64,000 nucleotides of DNA from Neophaeotheca triangularis. Lineage: Eukaryota. How positions within the stretch are numbered: position 1 is the stretch's first letter; each line of letters opens with the position of its first letter. This document shows, in pieces, positions 11,202 through 22,231 of the stretch. The position numbers and the translations under genes are program-made. The stretch covers positions 62,001-126,000 of the forward strand of contig BAAIJX010000016.1 in assembly GCA_054600435.1 (NCBI GenBank). Reading direction: 5' to 3'. The notes beneath the pieces were generated by a model that saw nothing but the letters and a program-made list of their open reading frames with translations, ran no database searches and was not told the DNA's origin.

Positions 11202-14200
11202 CTAAATCATGGCAGTGAAGCCGTAGCCGAGGCACTCATGGCATACCACAGTGCCGCCAGGATTACGGTCACAGTGCTCAGGGCAATTGAGCAGCTCACA
11301 TCTGCTGCAAGGGAGAAGCACTCCCCGCATGTCCCCATCAGGAAATCTATCAATAATCTGCCCCATTTTTTCCCTGTCACTTTCAGCAGCGAGGTTCTCG
11401 GAAAGCACATCGCCGTCAACGCCACCCATTTGACGGGCCTCGGCGTACAAGCAGCATAGGACACCGCAGGTGATGCATGCTGCAGAGTCATCAGATGAAC
11501 TCTCACTGTGTCGATCCATGCATTTCAGAGCGGTCGTATGCCACGGAAATGGATGGTTTGGGTGGTTTCCCCGTTGTTTGGTCACTAGGATTCTTTGTAG
11601 GCCCATTTCAGCACGAAAGTCATTGTCAAGAGCATCAAGCATGCGTTCGAAGGGGGTACGGGTACGCACTGTCTCCCACAACTTTGTAACTTCGTCGATC
11701 GAAACGCTTTCCTCTTGGTCTACGGGGGCGACAGGCGTTTGAGGTGCCCACTCGCCTTGGGCGAGTGGAGCAGTGAAAAAAGGCTGTTGAGGGGAAGAAG
11801 GACTGCCTTGATTCGAGGCCAGTTTGACGGCATCCAGTCGAGCTCGCACTTTCTCGCCTTCCTCCATGTAGCCAATACGCTCCACCTCTTGAGCGGAGAA
11901 GGGCGGCATGGCAACCCGAGATGGAGACCCAGTCGTCCCTGGATGGCCTGCAGAAGCCATAGCTGGATGGACACCGATCTGTGCCAACTTCTTGGCGCGT
12001 TCTGCGCTCAGCTTCTGATAAAATGTATCCCGCTTACGGGGGTGAAAGCTGCCGGTGGGCGAAGCGGCGTCCTGGGTGGAATCGGGCCGCGCCTTTATAA
12101 TAGGGGTATGCTCTGGGATTTTCGGAAGCCCATCGGCGTATGTACTCTGGGTGCTGAAGCGTGGGCTTTCCTTGTCTTCTGCCGCCACTGTGGAGGAACT
12201 TGCAACGAACCCAGCACGACGTTGTCGGCGCGAAGCAAGAGATGGAACTGGTGACCCTTGTTCGGTCAGGTACTCAGCTACGTTGGACCCGAAGTCCCCC
12301 AAATGGATGCTGAATCTTGGGTTCAAACTCCTCTCGACCATCTCTATCGCTTGCTGTCTTCTGAAGGGCAAAGCCTCGTCGCTACCAGTCTGATCCTTCG
12401 GTGTTGAGGCTGCCGATTGGTTGTGAGCGTCAAGCTGATCACTTGAGCCAGCCTTCTCCGGAATCTGCTGGGTGTTCGTGTCGACGGTCTCGGTCTCGGT
12501 CACTTCCTTGACAAGTGGGCTGGGAAACTTGATCTTGCCCATCCTCAGAGGCGGGGTCCAGGGCTGCTGAGTTGGTGTACGCGCAAAGTCCCCGACAGAG
12601 TCGGTATTCCGGCCCTGTTCTGCCGATGGGGTGTTGTCGTTCAAGCGACTAGCTGCCCGACTGGTCGCCCGACTAGCTGCTCGTCGTCTCCACTCCGTCT
12701 TCTCAAAGAAGCTCAATTTGAAGGCTCTCGTCGCATCTTCGTCGCTCGCCAACAAGGTGTCGCAATACATTTCATGCTCGATATCCGTCAACTTCTCCAG
12801 CGGCTTCTTCAGCGACCAGCCGAAGATGCTCTGACGTTCCAAGATTCGGCCCAGGCTCTCCTTAGTCCGTCTCAAACCGTTCTGCTTCGCTTTGGCTTTG
12901 GCTGCATCTTTGAACTCTAGCGGCGCTCTTTCGATGACAGCTTCTTCTTCGGCCTTGTCAGCAATAACACTGTTGCGCGCGTATGCAACAGCTTCCACCC
13001 ATCCAGGTTCATCGGGACTGGTAGGGCTCGACACAGCTTTTGGGTCCAGGAACTCATGCTTGGTGAAGGGCATATCAGGGGAGCTTGGATGCGCTTTGAC
13101 AATCAACTCGCTCTGCGACTTGTAGTCGATCACCGGTGGCTCATGAAAAGGTCTTCTGCCGCGATCAGGCCGTGCGCTGGAGCTGGTCGGCGACTGTAGT
13201 GCACTTGTCATGAAGGGATCACCCTGATCAAGGTAGGTGTACGTGTCTGGCGACATTGGAGAGTGTACGCGCGAGTCCGAAGTACCCCTGGGGCAGTCTT
13301 TGGTTCTCTCATTGTTGGGCTTCCCGAGAGCATATGTTTCATCTTCGCACGAGGCGCTTTCGGATGTGATGGTTTCCCAGTCTGCGCCATCCTCGCTCTC
13401 TGCGGCTTGAGGGGGAGTGCGCTGGGACTCAATTGCTTTTCGAAGCACCATCCTTTTGCCGCACGCTCGAATCGTGTTACGGTCGCCCGCTCTTGACGAT
13501 AACCCAAGTTTCGACGCCTCTGGCAAAGTTGGCATCGAGGACGCTTGGGGAGATGCCTGGAAGAACTCGATCATCGACATTTGCCCATCAGGCCCATTGC
13601 TTTGCTTTCGAATGCCGGTGTCTTCACTCTGCTGTCGGACAAGCGAGGAAGACTGGGCGTTCAACGTTGTCGACCCGGAGCGCGAAGATTGGAGAGTCGT
13701 GCATTGCGGCGATCGCCATTCCGAGGCTTCGCTAGGGGATCGATAGTCTGCACGATATTCATCCTTGCCTTCAGGGGAGAAGGAGCTAGTTGAGTTGGCC
13801 CCAATGGTGATGCCGAGACCAATTGGGTTTTGTGTGCTCATACTGAAACGGTTAGTTGACTCTGCCGGAGAGGGAGAGGAATCGCCTAGCAGGATGGAGG
13901 TACCTTTTAGCTTGCTGGTCCGGCGCGGCATTTTCGTTTGTGGTCATCTTTCCTTTGTCCAAGGTGTGTTTTGGTTGCCAGGTATGTTCGTGACGGTAAG
14001 CTCGAATGGCAATCTGCCTTTCTCTGGTCGACATTCTGCGCCAGAGTAGCTCCGTTTCCTCATCGGTCTCCTCGGAGGCAGCAACTGTCGTTTCAATTAC
14101 GTCCATCTCTCTCTCCATTGTATTGATGGTCAGGCGATCATTCTCGTTGCTTTCTTGGACCTTGCTTCTATCCACGAACATCATTGCCCTGTCAACTCCT

Positions 14201-14625
14201 GTGCTGCTTTTGCTCTTGCGTGTTGCTGTGAACAGCTCACGCAGATTCTGGACACCACCAGTCGGACTGATTCGCTTGCGCATCTTCGCCGCTGACTCTA
14301 GAAACTGGCCGATTCTGGTGGCGGTGACACGTTCCTCTTCGACTATGGCCTCGGCGGGCACTGTCTCGGTTTCTGCAAGTGGAGTGCTGGTGGTCTGGTC
14401 CGGGCGTTCTTCCTCAAGTTCCTTCACTGCCCTGGCGATTGACAGCCGTCTCTCGAGGTAGAAGTTGGTCTCGTCGCGAGCCACCATCTTCCGGTGCGGC
14501 GTAACCGTTGACCGGGGACCTGGGGACTGTTGGGTGGCATGGGAGTGTGCATCGCTTGCCACGGTTTCTCCTCCGGCTGACTTGACAGAAGGGGTGAAAG
14601 TGGACCTGGTGAAGGAGTCCGACAT
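11202..14625 (-). CDS. Hypothetical ~1120-aa disordered protein with C-terminal Cys-rich domain; exons 14625-13904, 13842-11202
   Basis: The 257-aa and 909-aa ORFs join in frame through intron 13843-13903 (GTACCT..ACTAAC..TTCAG); 722+2641 nt = 1121 codons. Confidence 0.8.
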
Positions 14626-15488
14626 GGCCGCTGAGACCGACTGGCCAGAACCTGAAGCTGGTGAAGGCGCTTGTAGTCAAATGTTAGTGATGCCAGCTAG
14701 GAAGGTGTTCATGTCGGCAGGTTTGTAGAGGGAAGTAGGGCCCAAGTGAGGTAGAGTGAGGTGAGGTTTAGGGTACTTCGCCGAATGAAGGGTAGGAAAC
14801 AAGGGCGGGTCGACAAACCTCTCGTAGCAGTAAGGCCGCCGAAACGTGACCTCTTTGGTAAGTCGCCAGGTAGCTCTTCCTGCTCTGGGTAGTTGCGCAT
14901 TCTCTGTCTGCTGAATGCCGAAGTCATTGTGATTGTTTGTGGTAGTTTACTTCACCCGGCAGAATAGTAGCACCGTCACTCGGCGCAGTGATAGAGATGC
15001 AGTGCTCAGCACGATAACGAGGCAGTGGAGAATGGATGCTCTGAGAAAATATGTTCGAGCAACAGGTGCTAGGAAGTCGCTCAGGTATCGTTGTTCATGA
15101 TGTTCATGTGCTTGCAGGTTCAAGGAGTGAAGAGCGAGGTTGGAGCTTCAGTGCGTGCCGATGAGCTGCCTCCTTTCGTGGACATGTTGCCAAGCGCTCG
15201 CAGCGGATCGAACTGGAGTGCTGCATTTAATCAAGGGAGCAATACAATCGATTGAGAGTACAAGCTATCCTCGCTATGTACCTATCTTACATCTCTCTAG
15301 CGGTAAAAGCGAAATCTTGGAGGATACGGTGAGTGATGCGAACGGTCGCCCTCTACAAGCTGACTTGGTTTCCATACATTATAGAGCCTCTGAAGCAACT
15401 TGGTGTTCTTCCGCCGTTGGCCATCCTCCGCCGTGGCGTGTGAGCAAAACCCCTTGGTCGGTTCAATGTGCTCGTTTGGCTCTCAGCT

Positions 15489-16907
15489 TTAGCCATCCTT
15501 CTCGTAACGTACACGTTTAGGGCGATCGCGGGAGTCTACGTTCCTGGTCAAAGCAGGGTCGGGAGCCTTCGGACGGGCTCGACGCAGCCGCTGGTTGCCA
15601 GGTATATCAACGCCATCTGGAAGCTCGTCGCCCAGCATTGTGAACTCGCCGGGAGAAAGAGAAACGTGACGTTTTTCGATGGGGAACAGACGCTTCTGCA
15701 GTCGAATTACGGCAAAGGGCATAATGGCAGTGAGACACGCCGAAAAGGCGAATATCGGCATCGCAATCCAGAGGAACCAGATAGCGGGCCACTCAATGGT
15801 GCTTATTCCGAAAATGCTGGCGAGGAACGAGAGCGGCAGAAACAGCGTGGCGACAATCAACAAGAAACGAGTGTTGTCTGACTGGCATGCATTCTCCAGG
15901 TTAAATTCGAGCTCAATGAGGTTGTTAAAGAGGTCTTTGAGAGAAGTGATGGTGTAGTCGAATTGCTCAAGGTCGTCGGCAGCGTCAACCATGTCGAGCC
16001 AAAGAGGATCATCACTACGGTCGTGCTGGAAAGCTCCGCCTTGGAGTTTGAGAAGTTTCTTGAACGAGCGGTGGTGAAAATTCAGGAACCGCTGAAGTTC
16101 GTGCATGCGGGCTATCTCCTCGTGTAATATCCGTGTGCGTAGCCTCAGTGGCATTTTTCGTTCATGACTGCTGGCCTCAGCTTCCTTCAAACGCAGAGAG
16201 CATTCGCGAATGATGTTCTGCCAATCTGTAAAGAGCCAATAGAGGCGCAGGAAGATCCAGCAAATGCCTTCTTCGCCCTGATAGGGTTGTTGATAATCAC
16301 CGTCTGCTTGCAAGTACGTGAAGAGTAGATTCGTGACGACCAACTCCGGGACCTCTAGCGGCTGCGTGAATATGAGAGTCACCGGTACACTGGGCTCGAC
16401 CTTGCAAGCTCCTGAACCGCATCTCCAAACGCCAACACGAAACCGGTAGCGCTCCATGTGCGGGAGACCATCATGCTCCACGTGAGGAGGTGTCAGATCA
16501 ACGGACCAGGGGTAAACTTGTGGCACGTTCATCTGATCCATGATGAAAGTCCACGGCACTCGCTTCGTCCGCTTACTGGCTTTCTCGGGAAGCTTTGCCG
16601 TACCCGCAAACTGCACTTCCCGATTGAGCTCAGGAATGTCGGTTTGATAGTCTTCGATACAGGATCTGAGTATGTCCGTCAACCAGATCTGATGACCGCT
16701 GATGGCGATGACGAGTGGATCCCGGGGATGGAGCGTAACCTGGTCCTCGACTAAGTCGGCGAAGCGCCCGGCATCTCGTGGGCTATAAACTTGCATCTCG
16801 CGGTATTTGTTGGGGCTTGATCGGCTGCCAACTCGGATAGTCACAGGAATGGTGTTGTCGCCCGCAAGTGGACGCTGGCGCCGAAGGTGTCGTCTGGGAT
16901 GTGCCAT
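15489..16907 (-). CDS. CorA-like Mg2+ transporter family protein
   Basis: Long helical region followed by two C-terminal TM helices (LIVATLFLPLSFLASIFG...WFLWIAMPIFAFS). ATG at 16907. Confidence 0.75.
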   Translation of the reverse strand: MAHPRRHLRRQRPLAGDNTIPVTIRVGSRSSPNKYREMQVYSPRDAGRFADLVEDQVTLHPRDPLVIAISGHQIWLTDILRSCIEDYQTDIPELNREVQFAGTAKLPEKASKRTKRVPWTFIMDQMNVPQVYPWSVDLTPPHVEHDGLPHMERYRFRVGVWRCGSGACKVEPSVPVTLIFTQPLEVPELVVTNLLFTYLQADGDYQQPYQGEEGICWIFLRLYWLFTDWQNIIRECSLRLKEAEASSHERKMPLRLRTRILHEEIARMHELQRFLNFHHRSFKKLLKLQGGAFQHDRSDDPLWLDMVDAADDLEQFDYTITSLKDLFNNLIELEFNLENACQSDNTRFLLIVATLFLPLSFLASIFGISTIEWPAIWFLWIAMPIFAFSACLTAIMPFAVIRLQKRLFPIEKRHVSLSPGEFTMLGDELPDGVDIPGNQRLRRARPKAPDPALTRNVDSRDRPKRVRYEKDG

Positions 16908-17375
16908 GGCACGCTTGCGGAGGAGGCTGGTCACGAGGCGTCCGGTGTGTTCAAGCCGTAGTTTGGATGGAAGTATGAGCAGGCGTCGACGGCAAGACGT
17001 CAGAGTGTCAACTTGGTTTGCTGAGGTATGTTCAAGGTTGTCTTCTACTCCCCTCCCCGTGCAGGTGGTAGGTATTAGGCATGTAGAGCCCAGGTACTCA
17101 AGGTACTGCTCTTATGTAGTTTGGGTTTGCGTCTCTTCGGTTCGGGCAAGGCTGCCTTGCGTCGGATGTTCGAATTAGGCAGCCACGATCAGGGCTCAGG
17201 GGAGGCACAAAGGCGACCGGACCGCACCTTCCCTACAATTAGAATTAATCAATGCCGACGCTCCTGCGGGCGAACCAACACCGGGCACCAACTGGAATTA
17301 TCCCATGCCCTGGCCTCCAGTCAACTACCTCCTTAGGTGAGGTATGCGAAAATAGAGAATTAGGTACACAATTCA

Positions 17376-20300
17376 TTAGCCAATGTTTACTGCACACCCA
17401 CTGCACAAAACCGTCTCTTCGTCTTCGAACTTTGCTTGGTCCTGCAAGCACTGCACGTGAGCAACGGACGAGCATACCGGACAGATGTGTGCAAGCCGGT
17501 CAATCAAACAGGCGCAAATGCTACAGGAGACACTTGCGAACATCGAAGCCGTGTCATCTTTGCCAGGCCCCTCTTTTGGTGCGCCGTCTCCCAGGCTCCC
17601 TGAAAGACTCTCCATCTCAGCCGCTTCTTGCCACAACTCCTTCATGCGAAGCTGTTCAGCATGAAATCGTTGCCAGATCCTGCTCTTTGCAAGCAACTGC
17701 CTAGGGAGCAGAGACTTCCGGTTGGTGCCCAGGTGATCGCCCGGGAACTCATCCTGGTTCTTGAGGCTCACGGCCACAGGACTCCCAGATCCTTTGGGAG
17801 TTTGCGGCGGGGTATCATCTTCGACAGTCCTATCGCTGTCGTAGTCGGTGTTCTGATGACCGGTGTTGCGACTGCCCTGACTTGCTGCCGCTGTATATGT
17901 TGAGGGTGTTACAAAGGAGACGGATTTGCTCCAGCTGCTGCTCGCTGTTGGCAAACTGTTTGAGAGCTCGTTGCCGGGACTACTGCTCAACTTTTTGGTT
18001 GGCGGAGATGTTCCGTATTGGGCGAAACGGTCTGTAATACTCTGTGCGTAGGACTTGGCTGCAGCGCCGAAGCTGTTACGACTCTGCTCAGGGCTGATCG
18101 AACCTGATGCTGGCAGTCGCGAGTTTTGCGGATGCAACGAGGGAAAACCAAGCGGAGGGGTGTTAATTGTCGGATCCAGAAGAAGAGGTGTACCCGGCTG
18201 GGAGACCTGTCTCGAGGTTGGCCGCGAATCAGTTCCGTTCTTCATTGGCGACTCTCGCAGGCCTGCTTGGCTTGAAATTCTGGCGCGCAGGACGGGAATG
18301 TGCGATGGCGTTGTGACATCTGGCTGCCTATCCTTGACTAGTTTGGTATCAGTTCGTTCGTGCTCGGCCAGAAGCGCGGACATGCAAGCGAGCAGCCTAA
18401 TGTCAGCGAGTTTCTCAGCCCATTCGAACACCTGAAGTATGAGCCATCCACTGCCCAGGGGATGATGATCCCATCCCAGGTTCGGATACGTGCTTGGGAG
18501 CCGTGCCTTCTCCTCGTCTTGCACCATAGCATGCTGGAAGTATTGTGAAACATCTATTCCGGCGCGTTCGTGCCCAAAAGACTCTATTGGCATTGTGCCG
18601 CCCATGAGTAGCGCCAACAAATCCCAAACATTCGAGATGGCAGAGAGTTTCGAAGACCGCGCGACCAGAGCGTTATAACGACAGACACTGGCGACCTGCT
18701 CGCCTTTTTCACTCTGAAAGCGGTATTCCTCAGTAAGCACCCGTTCGCCCGGAGAACTCTGATCTGTTGGATAGACAGTAACCCTGATGCGGCGTTGATC
18801 AGCTGTCTTTTCTGGCTCACGTCCCAGGAGTGCAACCTTCTTTGTCCAGATGTTCCGGTCCTTCACATCGAGTTGCTCGTGCGAAGCGTCATTTTCGATC
18901 GCTTCGTCGGACGAGCCAGCAATGCTATCGTCGGATGTTGCTGCTTCGAAACGAAGGGTTGATCGCACATCTCCAAAGGATGGAAAAACCTTGGCACCTA
19001 CCCGCGCTTCACTAGTTTTGAGCGTCGGTCCAAATCTATCGGGCTCTTCGGGCACTGAATGTGGCAAAGGCTTAGTGGGAAAGAAGGTCAGGAGCTGCCC
19101 ATTGGGGGCAAAAAGTGCCCCACAGGCTTTTGGCAGCGGCACGTTGATTCCTCCGGGGAGTAGTGTGCCGCTGCCATGTAGCTCATCGCCGAAAGTCCCA
19201 TCGTCTGAATCGCTATCGTGATCTTGACCGGAGCTTGGTTCTGACACGTCAAGCTTGGGAAGAGGTTCCGTGAGGGTAAGAGTATCATCAATTGCAGGCA
19301 AGTCATCCGCTGCGCTTCTGGCGGGAACCCCTGGCGACAAGAAGGGCATTGACGAATTATCTTCTCTAGTCTTGAAGGGCTCGAGGCTTTTGGTTGCCTC
19401 CACTTGCGGCACCTCGAGGCTCGTTTCGGCAGATGATCCCTCGAAGTTCGATCCAGGGAGGGCAGATGTTGACAGAGCGTCTTGCATGTACAGCGCATGG
19501 ACCTCGGAACCGCGCTTCTTGAGCCCATGGCAAGTCATCGATGGCTGGGAAGTTTTGGCCGTAATCCCAGTATCAGCGTGTCCAACATCCTCAACGGCAC
19601 TTGGTGCATGTTGAAGCCCCTCATTTACATTTAAAAATTCGTTCGTATCGCCGGCTTCCCTACTGTTGCCTTTGGTGCACGAGCCTACTCCGTCGGTAAC
19701 ATGTTGCGGCAGAGTCAATCTGCAACTTCGATTACCATTTAGCGCTAAGATTTCTGTAGGTAGCTCATCGCCGGAGAGTAACGCCACGCGCTGAGCCTGC
19801 CCTATCGAGTCTCGAAGCGATACTGATAGAACCACATCCGGTGAGGAGCTATCCGAGTCTGTACTGATGACGGCAAACTCCTCGCCCGATCCCGTCAACA
19901 CTGCGATACCGTGCAACCCAAGCCACATCACTTGACGAGCGGCTTTGCTGAGCTGTAGCGACCAGAGTGCCCGAGAGAGCTTTGGCTGCGCGTGAGAAAT
20001 GTCGTCGCGGTGGCTGTAGTCAGAGGGCACATGCTGCAATGGTCTCCATACTTGCAATTTGCCCAAGGAGCTCGCTGTTACAAGATTACCCGGAACGTGA
20101 GGATGCCATGCAAGCGAGCAAACGCCCCCAGGGACCACGAAGCGGTCGAGTTCGATTGGATCATGCCAGATGTTGGTTCTCCAGATACGCGCTACACCGT
20201 CAGCGTGACAAGAAACAAGGAGAGCTGTGCGGGCGGGATCGAATTGTAGAAAAAAACAAGGCGAGTGGCCGTTCGTAAGTCGGATCGGTCGCAAAGGTCT

Positions 20301-20684
20301 TCGAATGTTCCAAAAGCATACCGACCCATCGATCGCGCCAGAGGCAAGAAGATCGACGTCGCTGTGAGCCCATGCTAGGCTGGTAATCGCCCGCCCAGTC
20401 CCAGGCAGAATCACTCGTGGCTGGTTTTCCTCTGTGATCGAGATCTGCGAGCCTTTGGCAAAAGCGAGACGGCTAGGTCGAGCATTCGAGAGGGCGCAAA
20501 CTCGTTGTCTGCGGCTCTCGTTGTAGACGGTTACCAGCGTCCCCGGCTTGGGGGGTTCGGGGCACAGAGGCAGCAGCTGAAGCTGTGTATTCCGGCCAAT
20601 GGCAGCATATTGCGGGTTGACATCGAACACGATCGTGTCGTCAGGATACATGCTCTCAAGTGAGCCATTTTTCTTCTTGTCCAT
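17376..20684 (-). CDS. Divergent WDR59/Mtc5/Sea3-like protein (GATOR2/SEACAT): WD40, helical region, C-terminal RING
   Basis: RAITSLAW..DLLASGAIDGSVCFWNIRRP, VPLPKACGALFAPNGQLLTFFP, WDHHPLG..WL, ADIRLLACMSALL, and C-terminal CSIC..CPVC..HVQC..CSGC. Confidence 0.75.
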   Translation of the reverse strand: MDKKKNGSLESMYPDDTIVFDVNPQYAAIGRNTQLQLLPLCPEPPKPGTLVTVYNESRRQRVCALSNARPSRLAFAKGSQISITEENQPRVILPGTGRAITSLAWAHSDVDLLASGAIDGSVCFWNIRRPLRPIRLTNGHSPCFFLQFDPARTALLVSCHADGVARIWRTNIWHDPIELDRFVVPGGVCSLAWHPHVPGNLVTASSLGKLQVWRPLQHVPSDYSHRDDISHAQPKLSRALWSLQLSKAARQVMWLGLHGIAVLTGSGEEFAVISTDSDSSSPDVVLSVSLRDSIGQAQRVALLSGDELPTEILALNGNRSCRLTLPQHVTDGVGSCTKGNSREAGDTNEFLNVNEGLQHAPSAVEDVGHADTGITAKTSQPSMTCHGLKKRGSEVHALYMQDALSTSALPGSNFEGSSAETSLEVPQVEATKSLEPFKTREDNSSMPFLSPGVPARSAADDLPAIDDTLTLTEPLPKLDVSEPSSGQDHDSDSDDGTFGDELHGSGTLLPGGINVPLPKACGALFAPNGQLLTFFPTKPLPHSVPEEPDRFGPTLKTSEARVGAKVFPSFGDVRSTLRFEAATSDDSIAGSSDEAIENDASHEQLDVKDRNIWTKKVALLGREPEKTADQRRIRVTVYPTDQSSPGERVLTEEYRFQSEKGEQVASVCRYNALVARSSKLSAISNVWDLLALLMGGTMPIESFGHERAGIDVSQYFQHAMVQDEEKARLPSTYPNLGWDHHPLGSGWLILQVFEWAEKLADIRLLACMSALLAEHERTDTKLVKDRQPDVTTPSHIPVLRARISSQAGLRESPMKNGTDSRPTSRQVSQPGTPLLLDPTINTPPLGFPSLHPQNSRLPASGSISPEQSRNSFGAAAKSYAQSITDRFAQYGTSPPTKKLSSSPGNELSNSLPTASSSWSKSVSFVTPSTYTAAASQGSRNTGHQNTDYDSDRTVEDDTPPQTPKGSGSPVAVSLKNQDEFPGDHLGTNRKSLLPRQLLAKSRIWQRFHAEQLRMKELWQEAAEMESLSGSLGDGAPKEGPGKDDTASMFASVSCSICACLIDRLAHICPVCSSVAHVQCLQDQAKFEDEETVLCSGCAVNIG

Positions 20685-21275
20685 TGGTCGGAGCGTCAGG
20701 GGCTGTCCATGGAAGCCATCTTATGCAGAGGTCCTCATTGCCAACAGTGTACTTGGTTGACAGATTCTCTTCTCGATCTAACCAGCAACGTGCCCGGCCA
20801 TATGATTAAGAGTTACTCAGACAGCAAGACAACGCTTTGCCTCTGTCGCTTGTTTGGCTGTTATCGTCTCCCCTTCCTCTGCTACTAGTACATACCTAGG
20901 AGGTACAAGTAGGGTAAATACTGCCAAGAGATATGTATCGCGGGGCAAGCGCCCGCCGCGAGACCTTCCATCCGTCTCGCTCTGACTGCATCGTCATCTC
21001 CACATGGTTGCGGTGCCCTGATCGAACCCAATCTTCAGTAGTCCAACAAACGAACAAACGAAACACTGCCGCCAACTCCCATCGACACAACACACCAGCT
21101 GGTTCCGTACTTTAAATTGCGCCCTCCGTTCAGCAAATCCTCAATTGAGACATAACGTCCCCGACGCCCGATTCAGCAGCAGAGGCTAGCCTCCGATTGT
21201 TTGCTGTACCATCTCAAGGCCGAAGAGGATCAAGATTAAATCCACCGAGCCATCCACACTTCCCTCCTGGACAAC

Positions 21276-21852
21276 ATGGCGGCGCCTCTACCGAAACGTA
21301 TCATCAAAGAGACGGAGCGCCTGCAGAATGAGCCGGTCCCAGGCATCTCGGCGCAGCCGCACGACGACAACGCCCGCTACTTCGATGTCATGGTAGAGGG
21401 ACCTGACGGAAGTTGCTACGAAGGTAGAAGTCGAAAAAGCTTCAAGGCATACGAGCCACACTGACGACAGAATAGGCGGTGTCTTCAACCTCGAGCTCTT
21501 CCTCCCCGACGACTACCCCATGTGCCCGCCCCGCATACGATTCATCACTCGCATCTACCACCCCAACATCGACAGGCTCGGCCGCATCTGCCTCGACGTG
21601 CTCAAGAACAACTGGTCCCCTGCGCTACAGATTCGTACCATCCTGTTGAGCATACAAGCGCTGCTGGGTGCGCCGAACCCCGAAGATCCATTGAACGAGG
21701 CAGTGGCCAAGCAGTGGAAGGTATGCTGGAGCGGCAAATAGAGGCGTTGATCGTTGTCGCCGCTAACAAAAAGGATACAGGAGAACCAGCCAGAGGCGAT
21801 CCAGACTGCGAGAGAGTGGACCAAGCTGTACGCTCAACCCCAGAACAAGTGA
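21276..21852 (+). CDS. UBC13: E2 ubiquitin-conjugating enzyme Ubc13; exons 21276-21423, 21476-21720, 21781-21852
   Basis: [57 protein letters not shown]. Confidence 0.97.
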
Positions 21853-22231
21853 GGCGGAGTTTAACAGGGGCACGTTGGAGCATTGTTTCAAAAACCCGTT
21901 GCCGGACTTCATTACTGCGAGCGAGCTTCATGATAGCTAGAGCGTTTATGCTACTTGTGGGTCGCAGCGCTTGGCTGCCGACCATTTCTCATCGTGCGAT
22001 GCTAGATACGATACTCAAACCACTCTTGATGAGCAACATCCGAGCACCGACTGTTGAACACTTCCTGGGCCCGATCAATATGGTGGGTATGCAGAGAATG
22101 GAATAATCCGAGAGGGCTCGAACGGAGCGTCGCGAAGGCACGACAACGGAACTGCTCGGAGTCTTCCTGGGAAATGTCAAGACGAAACGATGTACTCGCT
22201 AATCTATGTACATATATTACAAGCCGTGAAT

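Noticed and set aside
13852..13931. Overlap of two ORFs suggesting a programmed frameshift
   Set aside because: Fully explained by a canonical 61-nt intron (13843-13903).
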